NCBI GenBank assembly: GCA_034530875.2
Contig: JAVRCJ020000010.1
Span: 32,001 to 96,000, forward strand
From: Nostoc sp. DedSLP01
GTDB lineage: Bacteria > Cyanobacteriota > Cyanobacteriia > Cyanobacteriales > Nostocaceae
DNA length: 64,000 nt
Direction: 5' to 3'
Position numbers and translations under genes: made by a program. Every line of letters starts with the position of its first letter. Positions within the stretch are counted from its first letter, which is position 1. Positions 9,958 through 21,067 of this stretch are shown here, one piece after another. The notes under the pieces are model-generated. The model was not told the origin of the DNA and searched no databases. It saw only the letters and a list, made by a program, of their open reading frames with translations.

Positions 9958-10359
9958 TTAGGGCAAAAACCGATCTAAAGCTGCTTTTAATTGTTCAATT
10001 TCAACTTCCATATTGCCTTCTTTTGCTGCTCTAGCAATACATTCAGTTAAATGTTCGTCTAAAACAATTCGCGCTACTCGATCTAATGCACCCCGTACTG
10101 CGGCAATTTGTAACAAAACATCAGGACAAGGGCTATTTTGTTGCACCATTGTTTTAATACCACGAATATGTCCTTCTATACGCGACAGTCGATTGACAAT
10201 TCGCCGTAATGACTCTTCGCTATGGACGTGAGGATGGGTTGACTCTCCATGCTCGTGAGTATGGTCTGGATGTTCGCCATCTGTATCGTGATTATGAGAG
10301 TGTTCTGCTTGCTGGGATTTTGGCAAGGATTCTTTAGTTAATCGATTCGATCCATTCAT
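9958..10359 (-). CDS. CsoR/RcnR-family metal-sensing repressor (InrS-like)
   Basis: His-rich N-terminus; NRLSRIEGH, C-DVLLQIAAVRGAL, HLTEC. Confidence 0.9.
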   Translation of the reverse strand: MNGSNRLTKESLPKSQQAEHSHNHDTDGEHPDHTHEHGESTHPHVHSEESLRRIVNRLSRIEGHIRGIKTMVQQNSPCPDVLLQIAAVRGALDRVARIVLDEHLTECIARAAKEGNMEVEIEQLKAALDRFLP

Positions 10360-10415
10360 GGTTGATCAAAGGACTTGTAGTACTAAAATCCTAGCCTAGT
10401 AATTGACCGAAAATT

Positions 10416-10628
10416 GGGGAGGTGGGGAGATGAGGGGATGGGGAGATACGGAGGTGGGGAGATGAGGGAGTATTTTAACTTGGTTAACGAGTCTTTCATA
10501 CTCGTGAATGAGCCTTTGAACTCCATTAATGAGTCTTTGATACTCGTGAATGAGTTTTTGAACTAAATGAACATAATTCTAAAACTCTTCCTCATCTCCC
10601 CATTCCCCCACCTCCCCACTCCCCAATC
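10416..10628. repeat. Composite dispersed repeat, copy 1 (21-bp tandem units flanked by inverted GGGGAGAT/ATCTCCCC octamer arrays)
   Basis: Five 21-bp units at 10480-10584; near-identical element at 19098-19291. Confidence 0.8.
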
Positions 10629-10629
10629 T

Positions 10630-11868
10630 CTACTGACGATTGGCTCTTTCTTGAGGAATAATCTCTGTTATCACTCTATTGCCAGAATTACCGCCTTTGA
10701 CAACAATATTTTCTGTTTGCAAATTGCCAACGGCTGTTTCACCAGTAAAATTTAGGGGGGGATCTATTTGTCGATAATTTACATTGCCTTGAGCTTCAAC
10801 TAATTTATTGTCTAAATACCAAGTTAATTTATCAGATCTCAATGACTGGCTACGCTGACCAATGGCGTTGACGTTACCTGTTAAATAAACCGTTTTTTGC
10901 GGGATTTTCATTTCCCCTTGATTGGCTGTAACCGTAACTTTTTCTACGCGTTGGAACATGCGAGTGGGGGAGTTTGTGGTGACGGTTTCGGCGTTCATGT
11001 TCCAGGTCATAGAGTTACTAGCTATTTGCAATGGTGGGTCTAGTAAATCTAATTGGGCATTTTTTTGGACGATCGCTATTTTAGTCTTTAGGTTGACTTC
11101 GGCTGCATTACCCTTGCCACGATCGCTAATTTGATTATTTTTATAGCGGTCAATTTCAATGGGGCGATCGGCAATTAATCTTTCTTCTTTAATTTTCCAG
11201 TTCAACTGCTCGGTTCGCATTTGCAATTGGGGATCGACAGAATTTGCTATCACTCCCCCAGAAAACTGTATCTCCTGTTCGCGCGTTTTTACTCGTGCTT
11301 CTTGCGCCAGTGCTTGTAGTTTTTTATGAGTTCCGTTAATCTGGTTGCGGACAATCAATAAACCTTCTTGGGGACGCCATTCTAGTTCGTTACCCCGCAA
11401 AACAATTCCATTGGTCGGGTCTGTGGCAAATATTTTTCCCTTGAGAAATAGCTGTTTTCCATTTTGTTCGATGTCTGCAACATCTGCTTTGACTTGGTAA
11501 ACTACTTTGCCATCTTGGTATAGTTCCCCATAAGGATTTTCCGCCTGACCAATTTGTTTTTCTTTAGTATATTTTGCCCTTTTAGCTTGGACTTTCCAAA
11601 TCGGTCGTCCCACTTCATCTGCTTGTTCTAAAGTGACATCAAAGAATGTCAATTTACTATCTTGGGGAGATGAATCATCGTTATTTTGCTGAGAAGCTGT
11701 GGGAGATTTCCCCCCACAGCTAACTAATCCAATTATTAAAAAAAAGTTCAAAATTAAAATAAAGAAAGAGGAAAGTTGGAAAGTGGGTGACGAAGAAAAT
11801 TTACTTCCTCTGCTCCCTGCTCGCTGCCCTTCAACCTCTCTCACTTTATGATTAAACAGATACTTCAT
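10630..11868 (-). CDS. lptC: LptC-like LPS export periplasmic lipoprotein (multiple OstA/LptC repeats)
   Basis: Lipobox-like GLVSC after a hydrophobic stretch; repeated beta-jellyroll-like segments; lies in the metG-NYN-lptC order typical of cyanobacteria. Confidence 0.75.
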   Translation of the reverse strand: MKYLFNHKVREVEGQRAGSRGSKFSSSPTFQLSSFFILILNFFLIIGLVSCGGKSPTASQQNNDDSSPQDSKLTFFDVTLEQADEVGRPIWKVQAKRAKYTKEKQIGQAENPYGELYQDGKVVYQVKADVADIEQNGKQLFLKGKIFATDPTNGIVLRGNELEWRPQEGLLIVRNQINGTHKKLQALAQEARVKTREQEIQFSGGVIANSVDPQLQMRTEQLNWKIKEERLIADRPIEIDRYKNNQISDRGKGNAAEVNLKTKIAIVQKNAQLDLLDPPLQIASNSMTWNMNAETVTTNSPTRMFQRVEKVTVTANQGEMKIPQKTVYLTGNVNAIGQRSQSLRSDKLTWYLDNKLVEAQGNVNYRQIDPPLNFTGETAVGNLQTENIVVKGGNSGNRVITEIIPQERANRQ

Positions 11869-12503
11869 TCTTGGATTTCCAGGTGTCCATCGCTAGTTCT
11901 TGGGTCTTCCAAAAATCCCATACTCGATAATGGTCGGTACGGATAACTTTGACGAGGGGTTTTTTGAATATCCTCTTTGATGGCTTCTAAATCAATGTAG
12001 CGATCGCTTACATTAATTAAGCTGTCACTAGTCATGGAACGCAAACTCACCACCTCTACCCTTACACCACGATAGCTCACGGAATTAACTGCATAAGCCA
12101 AATCGCCATCACCGCTAACTAAAACTGCGGTATCATAAGAATCAACTAACGCCATCATATCGACTGCTATTTCTACATCCAGGTTGGCTTTTTTAGAGCC
12201 ATCTGGCAGTTGTACCAAATCCTTAGCAATTACTCGATAGCCATTGCGACGCATCCACAGCAAAAATCCCTGTTGCTTCTCGTTTGTCCGGTCTACACCA
12301 GTGTAGAAAAAAGCTCGCAGTAAGCGAGAACCTCCGGTTAATCGACACAACAATTTCGTGTAATCGATTTCAATTCCTAATTGAAGGGCAGCGTAAAATA
12401 GGTTTGAACCATCTATAAATATGGCGACTCGACCCCGGTTTTCTAAAACCTGTTCTGGGGTAAATATCGAGTCATTTTCTAAATTATTCAACATTGTTGT
12501 CAT
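11865..12503 (-). CDS. NYN-domain LabA/DUF88-family protein
   Basis: IFIDGSNLFY, KANLDVEIAVDM, LVSGDGD motifs. Confidence 0.9.
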   Translation of the reverse strand: MTTMLNNLENDSIFTPEQVLENRGRVAIFIDGSNLFYAALQLGIEIDYTKLLCRLTGGSRLLRAFFYTGVDRTNEKQQGFLLWMRRNGYRVIAKDLVQLPDGSKKANLDVEIAVDMMALVDSYDTAVLVSGDGDLAYAVNSVSYRGVRVEVVSLRSMTSDSLINVSDRYIDLEAIKEDIQKTPRQSYPYRPLSSMGFLEDPRTSDGHLEIQE

Positions 12504-12658
12504 ACCTCAGTTTTATCCCTGTTATTTTTGATACAAATTAACCAGTTTTAGATTCTAGTCACAGCGGTTTATGATAATGTTCCGGGGCTAATTAGGTTAA
12601 GCCACGATAAATTTTTACCAGAGAAAAGAAATCGAACAAAATTAGAGTTTGATATGGA

Positions 12659-14263
12659 CTAATCGTTTTTTGGTGGTTCTATGCGCTTAAAAATTGGTTG
12701 GGGTGTACCCAACGGTTGTTTACTAGATAGTACTCCCCACGCTGCATGGGTAGCAAAAGGAGCATTAAGCGAACTTTGTATGCGATCGTTAAAATTTATT
12801 CCAAAACCCAACTGCCGATAAATCTCGCTACTGATGTTTGGAATAATTGGAGATAGCAGGTAAGCTGCTAGTCTAACCGATTCTAGAACTGCATACAGAA
12901 CTTCTTCGACTTCCTGCTGCTTTCCCTGTTTATATAACGACCAAGGAGCTTGTTCATCAATAAACTTATTTCCGGCTTGCACCAGTAAAAGGGCCGCTTC
13001 GCAGGCTTGATTGAAAGCTAGCTGTTCGTATGCTTGTTTTACCTGTTCCCCCAGACGTAAACCAATTGTTTTTAAAGGATTTTCCTCAGAGATTGTTTCG
13101 TTGCCGATCGCTGGTACATTATTCTGGGCGCAGTATTTCTTCACCATATTCAGGGTACGATTAAGCAAGTTACCTAAGTCATTTGCTAAATCTGCATTCA
13201 GAACATTAATGAACCTAATTTCATTAAAGTCGCCATCCTTGCCAAATTCGATTTCCTTAAGGAAGTAATAACGAACGGCATCGCTACCATAGCGTTGAAC
13301 GAGCTCTACAGGATCGAGTGTATTACCCAGGCTTTTGCCCATTTTTTGACCATCTTTAGTTAAAAAGCCATGTCCAAATAGCCGTTCTGGTAAGGGGAAA
13401 CCAGCTGATAAAAGCATTGCTGGCCAGTAAACTGCATGAAAGCGCAGAATATCTTTACCAATTAAATGCAAATTAATCGGCCACCACTTTTCTAAGGCAT
13501 TGGCTAAAGTTGGCTGTGCATCTGGTTCTAGTAATGCAGTTACATAACCGAGTAGTGCATCAAACCAAACATAAATGGTGTGCTTGGGATCGCTTGGTAT
13601 GGGAAAACCCCAATCTACATTGACTCGTGAAATCGAAAAGTCTTGCAAACCTTGATTGACAAAGCTTAGGACTTCGTTGCGCCGACTTTCTGGTTGAATA
13701 AAATCCGGTTTTAACTGATAAAATTCTGTCAGTTTATTTTGATATTTAGATAAACGAAAAAAATAGTTTTGTTCGTCTCGCCACTCTACTTCTTTATTAG
13801 TATGAATTGGGCAACGGTGTCCTTCTAAAAGCTCTCGTTCTTCTTTGAATTCTTCACAGGATACGCAGTACCATCCTTGTTGTTGCCCTTGATAGATATC
13901 GCCAGATTCCCATACTCGCTCAAAGAATTCTTTAACAATCGCTGCATGACGAGGTGCTGTAGTCCGACTAAAGCGATCGTATTGAATATCGAGCAATTTC
14001 CATAAACTCTCAAAGCTAGGCACAATTTCATCACAAAAATCTTGTGGAGCTTTGCCTAAACTTTCTGCCGATCGCTGAATTTTTTGCCCATGTTCATCTG
14101 TACCTGTAATTAGTAGTACCTCATGCCCCAAAAGCCTATGAAATCTGGCTACTACATCGGCTGCGATCGTTGTATAAGCACTGCCTATATGGGGGACATC
14201 GTTTACATAATATAAGGGTGTTGTCAGGGCGAATGTATGTTCTGTTTTATTCACTAGATTCAT
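12659..14263 (-). CDS. metG: Methionyl-tRNA synthetase
   Basis: TTPLYYVN, HIGS (HIGH), TGTDEHG, YVWFDAL, KMGKS. Confidence 0.97.
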   Translation of the reverse strand: MNLVNKTEHTFALTTPLYYVNDVPHIGSAYTTIAADVVARFHRLLGHEVLLITGTDEHGQKIQRSAESLGKAPQDFCDEIVPSFESLWKLLDIQYDRFSRTTAPRHAAIVKEFFERVWESGDIYQGQQQGWYCVSCEEFKEERELLEGHRCPIHTNKEVEWRDEQNYFFRLSKYQNKLTEFYQLKPDFIQPESRRNEVLSFVNQGLQDFSISRVNVDWGFPIPSDPKHTIYVWFDALLGYVTALLEPDAQPTLANALEKWWPINLHLIGKDILRFHAVYWPAMLLSAGFPLPERLFGHGFLTKDGQKMGKSLGNTLDPVELVQRYGSDAVRYYFLKEIEFGKDGDFNEIRFINVLNADLANDLGNLLNRTLNMVKKYCAQNNVPAIGNETISEENPLKTIGLRLGEQVKQAYEQLAFNQACEAALLLVQAGNKFIDEQAPWSLYKQGKQQEVEEVLYAVLESVRLAAYLLSPIIPNISSEIYRQLGFGINFNDRIQSSLNAPFATHAAWGVLSSKQPLGTPQPIFKRIEPPKND

Positions 14264-14641
14264 GCAAAATAAAATTAACTTATTAAAACGTTTTACATCT
14301 TAGTTTCGGAAAGAAAACCACGCAATTATATAACATTACTAGCATTTTTTCCAATAACACCTTAATATTAGCAAATTTATCCGGTCACCAATTGTTTTAT
14401 AATATGCATTAATTCAACTGCTTTTTGCTTAAAATACAGAAATTTACTATTAAAGAATTTTTCCGAATACTTTTTATTACATAATATTATTGTGTTTAGG
14501 AATACATAATACTCAGAGGAATCTATCTCTATTTCTAGATTTAGACATTTCTATCTTAAGACGGTCATGGTATTGGTAAAGAAATGTAAAACTTAAATTA
14601 AGAAAAACTGCCATATTTACCGAAATATATATTGATTAGGT

Positions 14642-15364
14642 ATGAGTCTAAATAGTCCGACTCTGATTTCTCAAGGTTTGTTAGCGGGGCTTTCAACACA
14701 AATGTTTCGCTACAATGAAGACCGCATTCCGCGAGATGCTAGCGTCTTGGTAGTCAGCAATCACCGCAGCTTTATGGATGCACCGATTTTAATGGCGGCG
14801 CTATCAAATCCAATTCGCTTTGCTTGCCATCACTACATGGGACAAGTGCCAATCCTGCGCGAGATTGTTACCGGACAATTGGGATGTTTTCCTTTGGAAG
14901 AACCCCAAAACCGCCAACAAAGCTTTTTTGTGCAATCGCAAACGCTATTGCAATCGCGGCAAATGGTAGGAGTCTTTCCCGAAGGAACAGAACCAATGAT
15001 AAAATTTACCGTGCCAAACACAGTAGGTGAATTTCAGCGGGGATTTGCTCATTTGGCATTGCGGGCTGATGTGCGGGATTTAGCAATTTTGCCAGTTGCG
15101 ATCGCTTCAATTGAAGAAGTCAATACTTCTGGTTTTCCCCTCAGATTATTGAGTTTATTCGACCCTTCAGAACCTTTATTTAGACAACCAGGTTGGCATC
15201 CTTTAGTAATTTATCGTCGGGTTGCCGTGTTAATTGGTCGTCCTTATTGGATTACGCCTCAACATCAAAAAAGATATCATGGCAAACAAGCCAGAACTGT
15301 TGTGGCTGAACTAACCGAATATTGCCATAACGAAATTAGCGACTTACTGGATCGAGGTTGCTAA
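14642..15364 (+). CDS. Lysophospholipid/1-acylglycerol-3-phosphate acyltransferase family protein
   Basis: NHRSFMD (HX4D) and FPEG motifs. Confidence 0.88.
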   Translation: MSLNSPTLISQGLLAGLSTQMFRYNEDRIPRDASVLVVSNHRSFMDAPILMAALSNPIRFACHHYMGQVPILREIVTGQLGCFPLEEPQNRQQSFFVQSQTLLQSRQMVGVFPEGTEPMIKFTVPNTVGEFQRGFAHLALRADVRDLAILPVAIASIEEVNTSGFPLRLLSLFDPSEPLFRQPGWHPLVIYRRVAVLIGRPYWITPQHQKRYHGKQARTVVAELTEYCHNEISDLLDRGC

Positions 15365-15530
15365 TACTATTTTGAGTCGCACCAAAGATACGCTGACAGC
15401 ACAACTGAATAATCGCCACGGGTTTGAGTTGCTTATTTTGAGGGAAATTTTTGCGTTTGGTCGCAAGCAGCAAACAATTAACAGCCCAAAAGTTTTATAC
15501 CATTAACTAGTGACCAATGACCGATGACCA

Positions 15531-16361
15531 ATGACTACTACAGAAGTTGAACTCAAGCCTTGTTTCCTGACACCGAAACGATTACAGCCAGAATATCCGC
15601 TATTTGTATATTTACCGGGGATGGATGGAACAGGTCAACTATTGCGATCGCAGACAGCCGGATTAGAAGTTGGCTTTGATGTCCGCTGTTTCGCAATCCC
15701 TCGCCAAGACCTTACCAGCTGGGATGTACTGACAAACAATGTATTAGACTTGATTCACGGCGAATTAGAAACAAGTTCCCACAGGAGACCAGTTTACTTA
15801 TGTGGCGAATCCTTTGGCGGTTGCTTGGCCATGAAAGTAGCGATCGAAGCACCGCATTTATTTAAACGCATTATTTTAATTAATCCAGCTTCAGCCTTTA
15901 AACTTCGCCCTTGGTTGAATTGGGCATCGCAAATTACTTACTTAGTCCCATCAGAACTATACGATATCGGTGCGCTAGGATTATTGCCGTTTTTAGCATC
16001 TTTGCCCCGGATTTCTCGCAGCGATCGCCACGAACTGTTAAGAACTATGCGTTCTGTACCATCAGAAACAGTTCTGTGGCGATTGTCTTTGCTGCGGGAA
16101 TTTGAGATTGATGAGAATAAATTAGCCCAGTTAAAGCAACCAGTTTTGTTAATTGCTGGTGGTAGCGATCGGCTTTTGCCTTCTGTGACTGAAGTCAAAC
16201 GGCTAGGGAATATCATACCAGATACTGAGATTGTGGTGCTGCCCGAATGCGGACACGCTTGCTTGCTAGAACAAAATATTAATCTCTATGAAATCCTTAA
16301 GGCTAACGATTTTCTCGAAAATCAAGTTGATATCGGTAAACACCAAGAAGTGAAAGGATAG
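15531..16361 (+). CDS. Alpha/beta hydrolase
   Basis: YLPGMDGTG, GESFGG nucleophile elbow, DRLLP, GH. Confidence 0.88.
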   Translation: MTTTEVELKPCFLTPKRLQPEYPLFVYLPGMDGTGQLLRSQTAGLEVGFDVRCFAIPRQDLTSWDVLTNNVLDLIHGELETSSHRRPVYLCGESFGGCLAMKVAIEAPHLFKRIILINPASAFKLRPWLNWASQITYLVPSELYDIGALGLLPFLASLPRISRSDRHELLRTMRSVPSETVLWRLSLLREFEIDENKLAQLKQPVLLIAGGSDRLLPSVTEVKRLGNIIPDTEIVVLPECGHACLLEQNINLYEILKANDFLENQVDIGKHQEVKG

Positions 16362-16423
16362 GCTAAAGGGCGATCGCATCATCGTGCAAAACGCCCATCA
16401 GCCATTAAATGCAGATTAAGCCT

Positions 16424-17521
16424 CTAAGCAAACTTGGTTGGTGAAATTCCCAATTTCATTAACTTGTTTTTGCTGGGTCGTCCACTAATTAAACAAACAT
16501 CTTGAAATGGAAATATCCAGTAACAGTTTAAGAAAAAATCTTCTAACACTTCCAATTCTTTATGTAAACTATTTACACCTAAAACTGAGTAACAAAAGTC
16601 ATAATAACAACCGTAAGCAATTGATAACTTAGGCAACCACATTCCCTCATTACCACGAATGTAATGATTTTCTAAAATTATCCCTAAATATCTGTCTATA
16701 ATTTTAAAAAAGTCATATTCCTCTAGCTGATTTAGAGGAAAATATTGTTTAATTAAACTTTGTAATTGCAAACGAGACTGCTTCAATAAATCTCTAATAA
16801 TTATCCTTTCTCTTTCATCCCAAATTTGCATGAAATATCCAAATATTTCCTGAAAAAGAGTTCGGTTTGAACTGGGAATATTTATATTATCAATTCTAAA
16901 ATTCTTAAATTCTATCGGTTCTTTGGTGTCAAAAAAAACATCATGATGATTCCAAGATTGATAATCAGTCAAACCTTTCAAAATGTTTAATCTTTCTAAA
17001 TCATCTTTATTTAACCTGAGTTCGGCAAACTTCACCCTCTCAACCTCCCTCTCCTGTTTAGCGAGGGAGGGGCAAGAAAAATCAAGGTTTTGCTCACCTC
17101 TCATGGTAGCAGATAGGCTGGGGATGAGGTCAAAAAAGTACTCGGCGAACTCATCTGTACTTGATATTTCTGTACATATTTTTTTGAATTCATTTCTATC
17201 TATTATTGTCCATATTGAGCCACCCCACAATTTACATAATATATCAAACAGTATGCCCCAAATTAAATGTTCTCCCGTGTGTTTATTTAATACTAAATTA
17301 ACAAATTCTTTAATAATTATATCTAATGCTATATACAGAGTATCGACAAAAATAATTTTAGGTTTAGATAATTCAGCGGCGCGATAAAGTGAAAGAGTAT
17401 TTGCTCTTGCTTTACTTCTGTCAATAATATCTGAGTTAATAAATATTTTCTGCCATTTTTCTTTATAGATTGGAATTAATGCTGATTGTTCAACAGTGAG
17501 TGTGGTTTTAGATAATGACAT
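16424..17521 (-). CDS. Hypothetical protein, DUF6745-like; AT-rich
   Basis: N-terminal LT-EQ-ALIP-YKEKW and C-terminal YDFC-SVLG...C-WIFPF--VCL---RP motifs recalled from a cyanobacterial family. Confidence 0.6.
   Translation of the reverse strand: MSLSKTTLTVEQSALIPIYKEKWQKIFINSDIIDRSKARANTLSLYRAAELSKPKIIFVDTLYIALDIIIKEFVNLVLNKHTGEHLIWGILFDILCKLWGGSIWTIIDRNEFKKICTEISSTDEFAEYFFDLIPSLSATMRGEQNLDFSCPSLAKQEREVERVKFAELRLNKDDLERLNILKGLTDYQSWNHHDVFFDTKEPIEFKNFRIDNINIPSSNRTLFQEIFGYFMQIWDERERIIIRDLLKQSRLQLQSLIKQYFPLNQLEEYDFFKIIDRYLGIILENHYIRGNEGMWLPKLSIAYGCYYDFCYSVLGVNSLHKELEVLEDFFLNCYWIFPFQDVCLISGRPSKNKLMKLGISPTKFA
17013..17157. mobile_element. Degenerate MITE-like element inside the DUF6745-like CDS
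   Basis: Imperfect inverted ends AACCTGAGTTCGGC...CGGCGAACTCATCT; GC-richer than the host gene; matching end GAACTCAGGTT also near 42401 and 60780. Confidence 0.65.
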
Positions 17522-17924
17522 ATTTTTATAAATTTTGATTGCAAATGGTATGTATTTTCTCGAATTAGTTTTGACCTATTTTAAAAAATAATTTTTTAAA
17601 GTTGCTCAGAAATAATACTGAATAATTATCTCGGTTTTCTCTGAGCGCGAATTAGAACTAGATTCAGTTGCTCTCTGCCAGCAATCGCAGGTAATTCACA
17701 AAATGAGATTGTAAAAAGATTGGGTGCGTTAACTCGATAAATATTTGCTATTTGAGAAGGTTAAATTTTATTAATATTGGATTCTCAGTTATAAAATAAT
17801 AACTTTAGATTAATCAACAGTATTATTTAGGTCAGTTTTGGAAAATTGTACTTCTCGGGAGATGTCAAGAATTTGTACTTCGCTACAAACTGAAGAGAGA
17901 GGCTGTAGAGAATGGTGTATAGCA

Positions 17925-19091
17925 ATGACAGAGAAATCCCCAGAAATAGAGGTGAAAAAATTAGTTAATTCACCTACACAAACTTCAGAAGTAAAAATTC
18001 AGGTTCGCCCATCGGTAGAAAATCAACCCTCTACATTAGAAGATATTGCCCAAAATATTGCTGAGACAGCTAAAGCAGTTTTAGACACAGTAATAGGTTT
18101 GGGAGAAGCTGCAACGAAACAAACACACAAATTCATTGAAGAAACAACTCTAACCAGCGGTCAATTTGTCAATAGCCTGAGTGAAAATTGGCTGATTAGA
18201 AAACTATCTGGAGTATTAAATCTCAATTGGCTATTTGGTGCTACTGATGCTGTTGATTTAGAAAAAGCAGAAGTGGCGGTAAAAAAACTCAAGGAAGAAT
18301 ATCCCCAGGAATCACCAAGCCAAATTGCTCACCGCATCATGGTGGACAAAGCAGCAAAAGCTGGTGGAGTTGGTTTGGCAACAAGTATTTTGCCGGGATT
18401 TGCACTAACATTTTTGGCAATTGATTTAGCAGCGACAACAAAATTGCAGTCAGAAATGGTTTATGAAATTGCATCTGTCTATGGACTAGATTTAAAAGAT
18501 CCTGCCCGCAGAGGTGAAGTTTTAGCAATTTTTGGTTTGGCCTTGGGTGGAGGGCGTCTATTGAAAGCCGCGGGATTAGGCTTGTTGCGAAATGTGCCTT
18601 TTGCCGGTGCAGCGATCGCCGCTAGTTCAAATGCGACGATGATCTATTCATTGGGATATGCTGCTTGTCGATTTTATGAAGCCAAATTAGATGAATCAAC
18701 TGCTCTTGATTCTCCGCAGACAATAGCGGCATTAAAACAAGAGAGTGAAGAGTATCTGCAAAGTGCGATCGCTCAACAAGCCATCATGGATCGAATTTTA
18801 GTTCATATAATCCTAGCAACTCATCCCGAAAAAACCTGGTCAGAAATTTTGCCACAATTGCAAGCTGCAAATTTAAGTCCTGCTTCCTTAAAAGCCATTG
18901 CCGAAAATATCAAATCACCCCAGCCCTTAGATACACTGCTAAATCAGCTAAATCGTGATTTTGCCATACCATTATTGGCTCAGTGTAAAAAAATTGCCAA
19001 ACTTGACAATCAGAGTACACCAGTAGAGCAAGAAATAATTAATGCGATCGCTAATAAATTTCAGATTGATGTAAATGAGATTGGGGCATAG
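17925..19091 (+). CDS. EcsC-family protein with TerB-like C-terminus
   Basis: IDLAATTKLQSEMVYEIA--YG-DL; Gly/Ala-rich hydrophobic segments; C-terminal IA-LD---TPVEQEII. Confidence 0.65.
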   Translation: MTEKSPEIEVKKLVNSPTQTSEVKIQVRPSVENQPSTLEDIAQNIAETAKAVLDTVIGLGEAATKQTHKFIEETTLTSGQFVNSLSENWLIRKLSGVLNLNWLFGATDAVDLEKAEVAVKKLKEEYPQESPSQIAHRIMVDKAAKAGGVGLATSILPGFALTFLAIDLAATTKLQSEMVYEIASVYGLDLKDPARRGEVLAIFGLALGGGRLLKAAGLGLLRNVPFAGAAIAASSNATMIYSLGYAACRFYEAKLDESTALDSPQTIAALKQESEEYLQSAIAQQAIMDRILVHIILATHPEKTWSEILPQLQAANLSPASLKAIAENIKSPQPLDTLLNQLNRDFAIPLLAQCKKIAKLDNQSTPVEQEIINAIANKFQIDVNEIGA

Positions 19092-19097
19092 GGCAAG

Positions 19098-19291
19098 GAG
19101 GGAGATGGGGGGATGGGGAGTGTTTTAATTTGGTTAATGAGTCTTTGATACTCGTGAATGAGTATTTGAACTAGATCAACACAATTCTAAAACTCTTTCT
19201 CATCTCCCTACCTCCCTATCTCCTCACCTCCCCACCTCCCTATCTCCCTATCTCCCCACCTCCCCATCTCCTCATCTCCCCACCTCCCTAC
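19098..19291. repeat. Composite dispersed repeat, copy 2
   Basis: Three 21-bp units at 19130-19192 matching those at 10480-10584; long ATCTCCCC octamer array. Confidence 0.8.
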
Positions 19292-19371
19292 TTGCCCCAT
19301 AAGCGATACATGAAACAAGAATTTTGAGCAATACTGGTACAAGAACGAATATTTTAGATAAAAATCCTGAA

Positions 19372-20853
19372 ATGACAATTCAACCTAGTGATACGCCTTT
19401 GCTAGAGTGGGCAGGCGATAGTTTGGCAATTGGATTATTTGAAGATGCAGTAGAGTTAACCGGAGAACTGGCAACTTTAGATCGAAATTTTGCCGGAGTC
19501 TTGAAAGAACTGATTGCTGAAGAGGAATTTAAAGGTAAAGCTAACAGTACCATTTTCACTCGTGTCAGTGGTAATAGCCCAGTCCGTAAATTGATTGTGG
19601 TGGGTTTAGGAAAACCAGAAGCACTCAAAATAGATACACTGCGACGCGCTGCGGCTGCGGTAGCCAGAGTAGGCAAAAAGCAAAAAAGCAAAATTCTCGG
19701 TTTGAGTTTTCCATTATGGAATAACGATCCAGATGCCAGTGCCCAAGCGATCGCTGAAGGTATAGAATTAGCACTTTACCAAGATGTTCGCTTTAAATCA
19801 GAACCAGAAGATAAAGGGCAACAAATAGAAACAGTAGAATTACTAGGTTTTGCCGGCCAAGAAGCAGCCATCAACCGCGCCCATCAAATAGTTTCTGGGG
19901 TAATTTTGGCACGGGAGTTAGTAGCAGCCCCAGCGAACGCAGTAACACCGATTACCTTAGCAGAAACAGCTCAAGCGATCGCTAACGAACACGGTTTGCA
20001 ACTGCAAATTCTGGAAAAAGAAGACTGTGAAAAGTTGGGTATGGGTGCTTTTTTGGGAGTAGCCCAAGCTTCTGATTTGCCACCAAAATTCATTCACCTC
20101 ACTTACAAGCCAGAAGGTACGCCGAAAAAGAAACTGGCAATTATTGGTAAAGGCTTAACCTTCGACTCCGGCGGACTGAACATTAAAGGTGCAGGTAGTG
20201 GCATCGAAACCATGAAAATTGATATGGGCGGTGCAGCAGCAACCTTGGGTGCGGCAAAAGCGATCGGCCAAATCAAACCAGATGCCGAAGTTCACTTTAT
20301 TTCAGCCGCAACCGAAAACATGATTAGCGGTCGCGCCATGCACCCCGGAGACATTCTGACAGCATCAAACGGTAAAACAATCGAAGTCAACAATACCGAC
20401 GCAGAAGGACGTTTGACGCTGGCAGATGCTTTAGTTTATACCGACAAATTGGGATTAGACGCGATCGTTGATTTAGCGACCCTCACAGGTGCCAACGTTA
20501 TTGCCTTGGGCGACGATATTGCTGGCTTATATACTCCCGATGATGCAGTAGCTTCCCAATTGGAAAAAGCCGCCCAAACATCAGGAGAAAAGATTTGGCG
20601 GATGCCAATGGAAGAAAAATATTTTGAAGGGCTAAAATCTGGCATTGCCGACATGAAAAACACCGGCCCCCGTCCAGGTGGTGCCATCACTGCCGCCCTT
20701 TTCCTCAAAGAATTCGTTAAACAAACCCCTTGGGCGCACTTAGATATAGCCGGCCCAGTCTGGACAGATAAAGAAAACGGCTACAACAGCTCCGGAGCAA
20801 CCGGGTACGGCGTTCGGACGCTGGTTAACTGGGTATTAGAAACTGGGGAGTAG
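19372..20853 (+). CDS. pepA: Leucyl aminopeptidase (M17)
   Basis: [25 protein letters not shown] signature. Confidence 0.96.
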   Translation: MTIQPSDTPLLEWAGDSLAIGLFEDAVELTGELATLDRNFAGVLKELIAEEEFKGKANSTIFTRVSGNSPVRKLIVVGLGKPEALKIDTLRRAAAAVARVGKKQKSKILGLSFPLWNNDPDASAQAIAEGIELALYQDVRFKSEPEDKGQQIETVELLGFAGQEAAINRAHQIVSGVILARELVAAPANAVTPITLAETAQAIANEHGLQLQILEKEDCEKLGMGAFLGVAQASDLPPKFIHLTYKPEGTPKKKLAIIGKGLTFDSGGLNIKGAGSGIETMKIDMGGAAATLGAAKAIGQIKPDAEVHFISAATENMISGRAMHPGDILTASNGKTIEVNNTDAEGRLTLADALVYTDKLGLDAIVDLATLTGANVIALGDDIAGLYTPDDAVASQLEKAAQTSGEKIWRMPMEEKYFEGLKSGIADMKNTGPRPGGAITAALFLKEFVKQTPWAHLDIAGPVWTDKENGYNSSGATGYGVRTLVNWVLETGE

Positions 20854-21067
20854 GGAGTAGGGAGTAAGGGGACAAGGGAAATAAATCCCCACTCCCTATT
20901 CCCCACTCCCCATTCCCCACTCCCTACTCTTCAACATTTCGTGCTATCTTGGGCTTGCCAGAGAAAATGTTGCGATATTAACAAAAGTAATTCGGCTATT
21001 CTGAAAGTTAAGCTTTTTGGACAAAGCCATCTGGTAAAATTTGTAAGGTTTCTAGAAGCTCTAAGCA

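Noticed and set aside
10480..10584. Possible CRISPR array
   Set aside because: The 21-bp units are contiguous with no unique spacers, and there are no cas genes in the window
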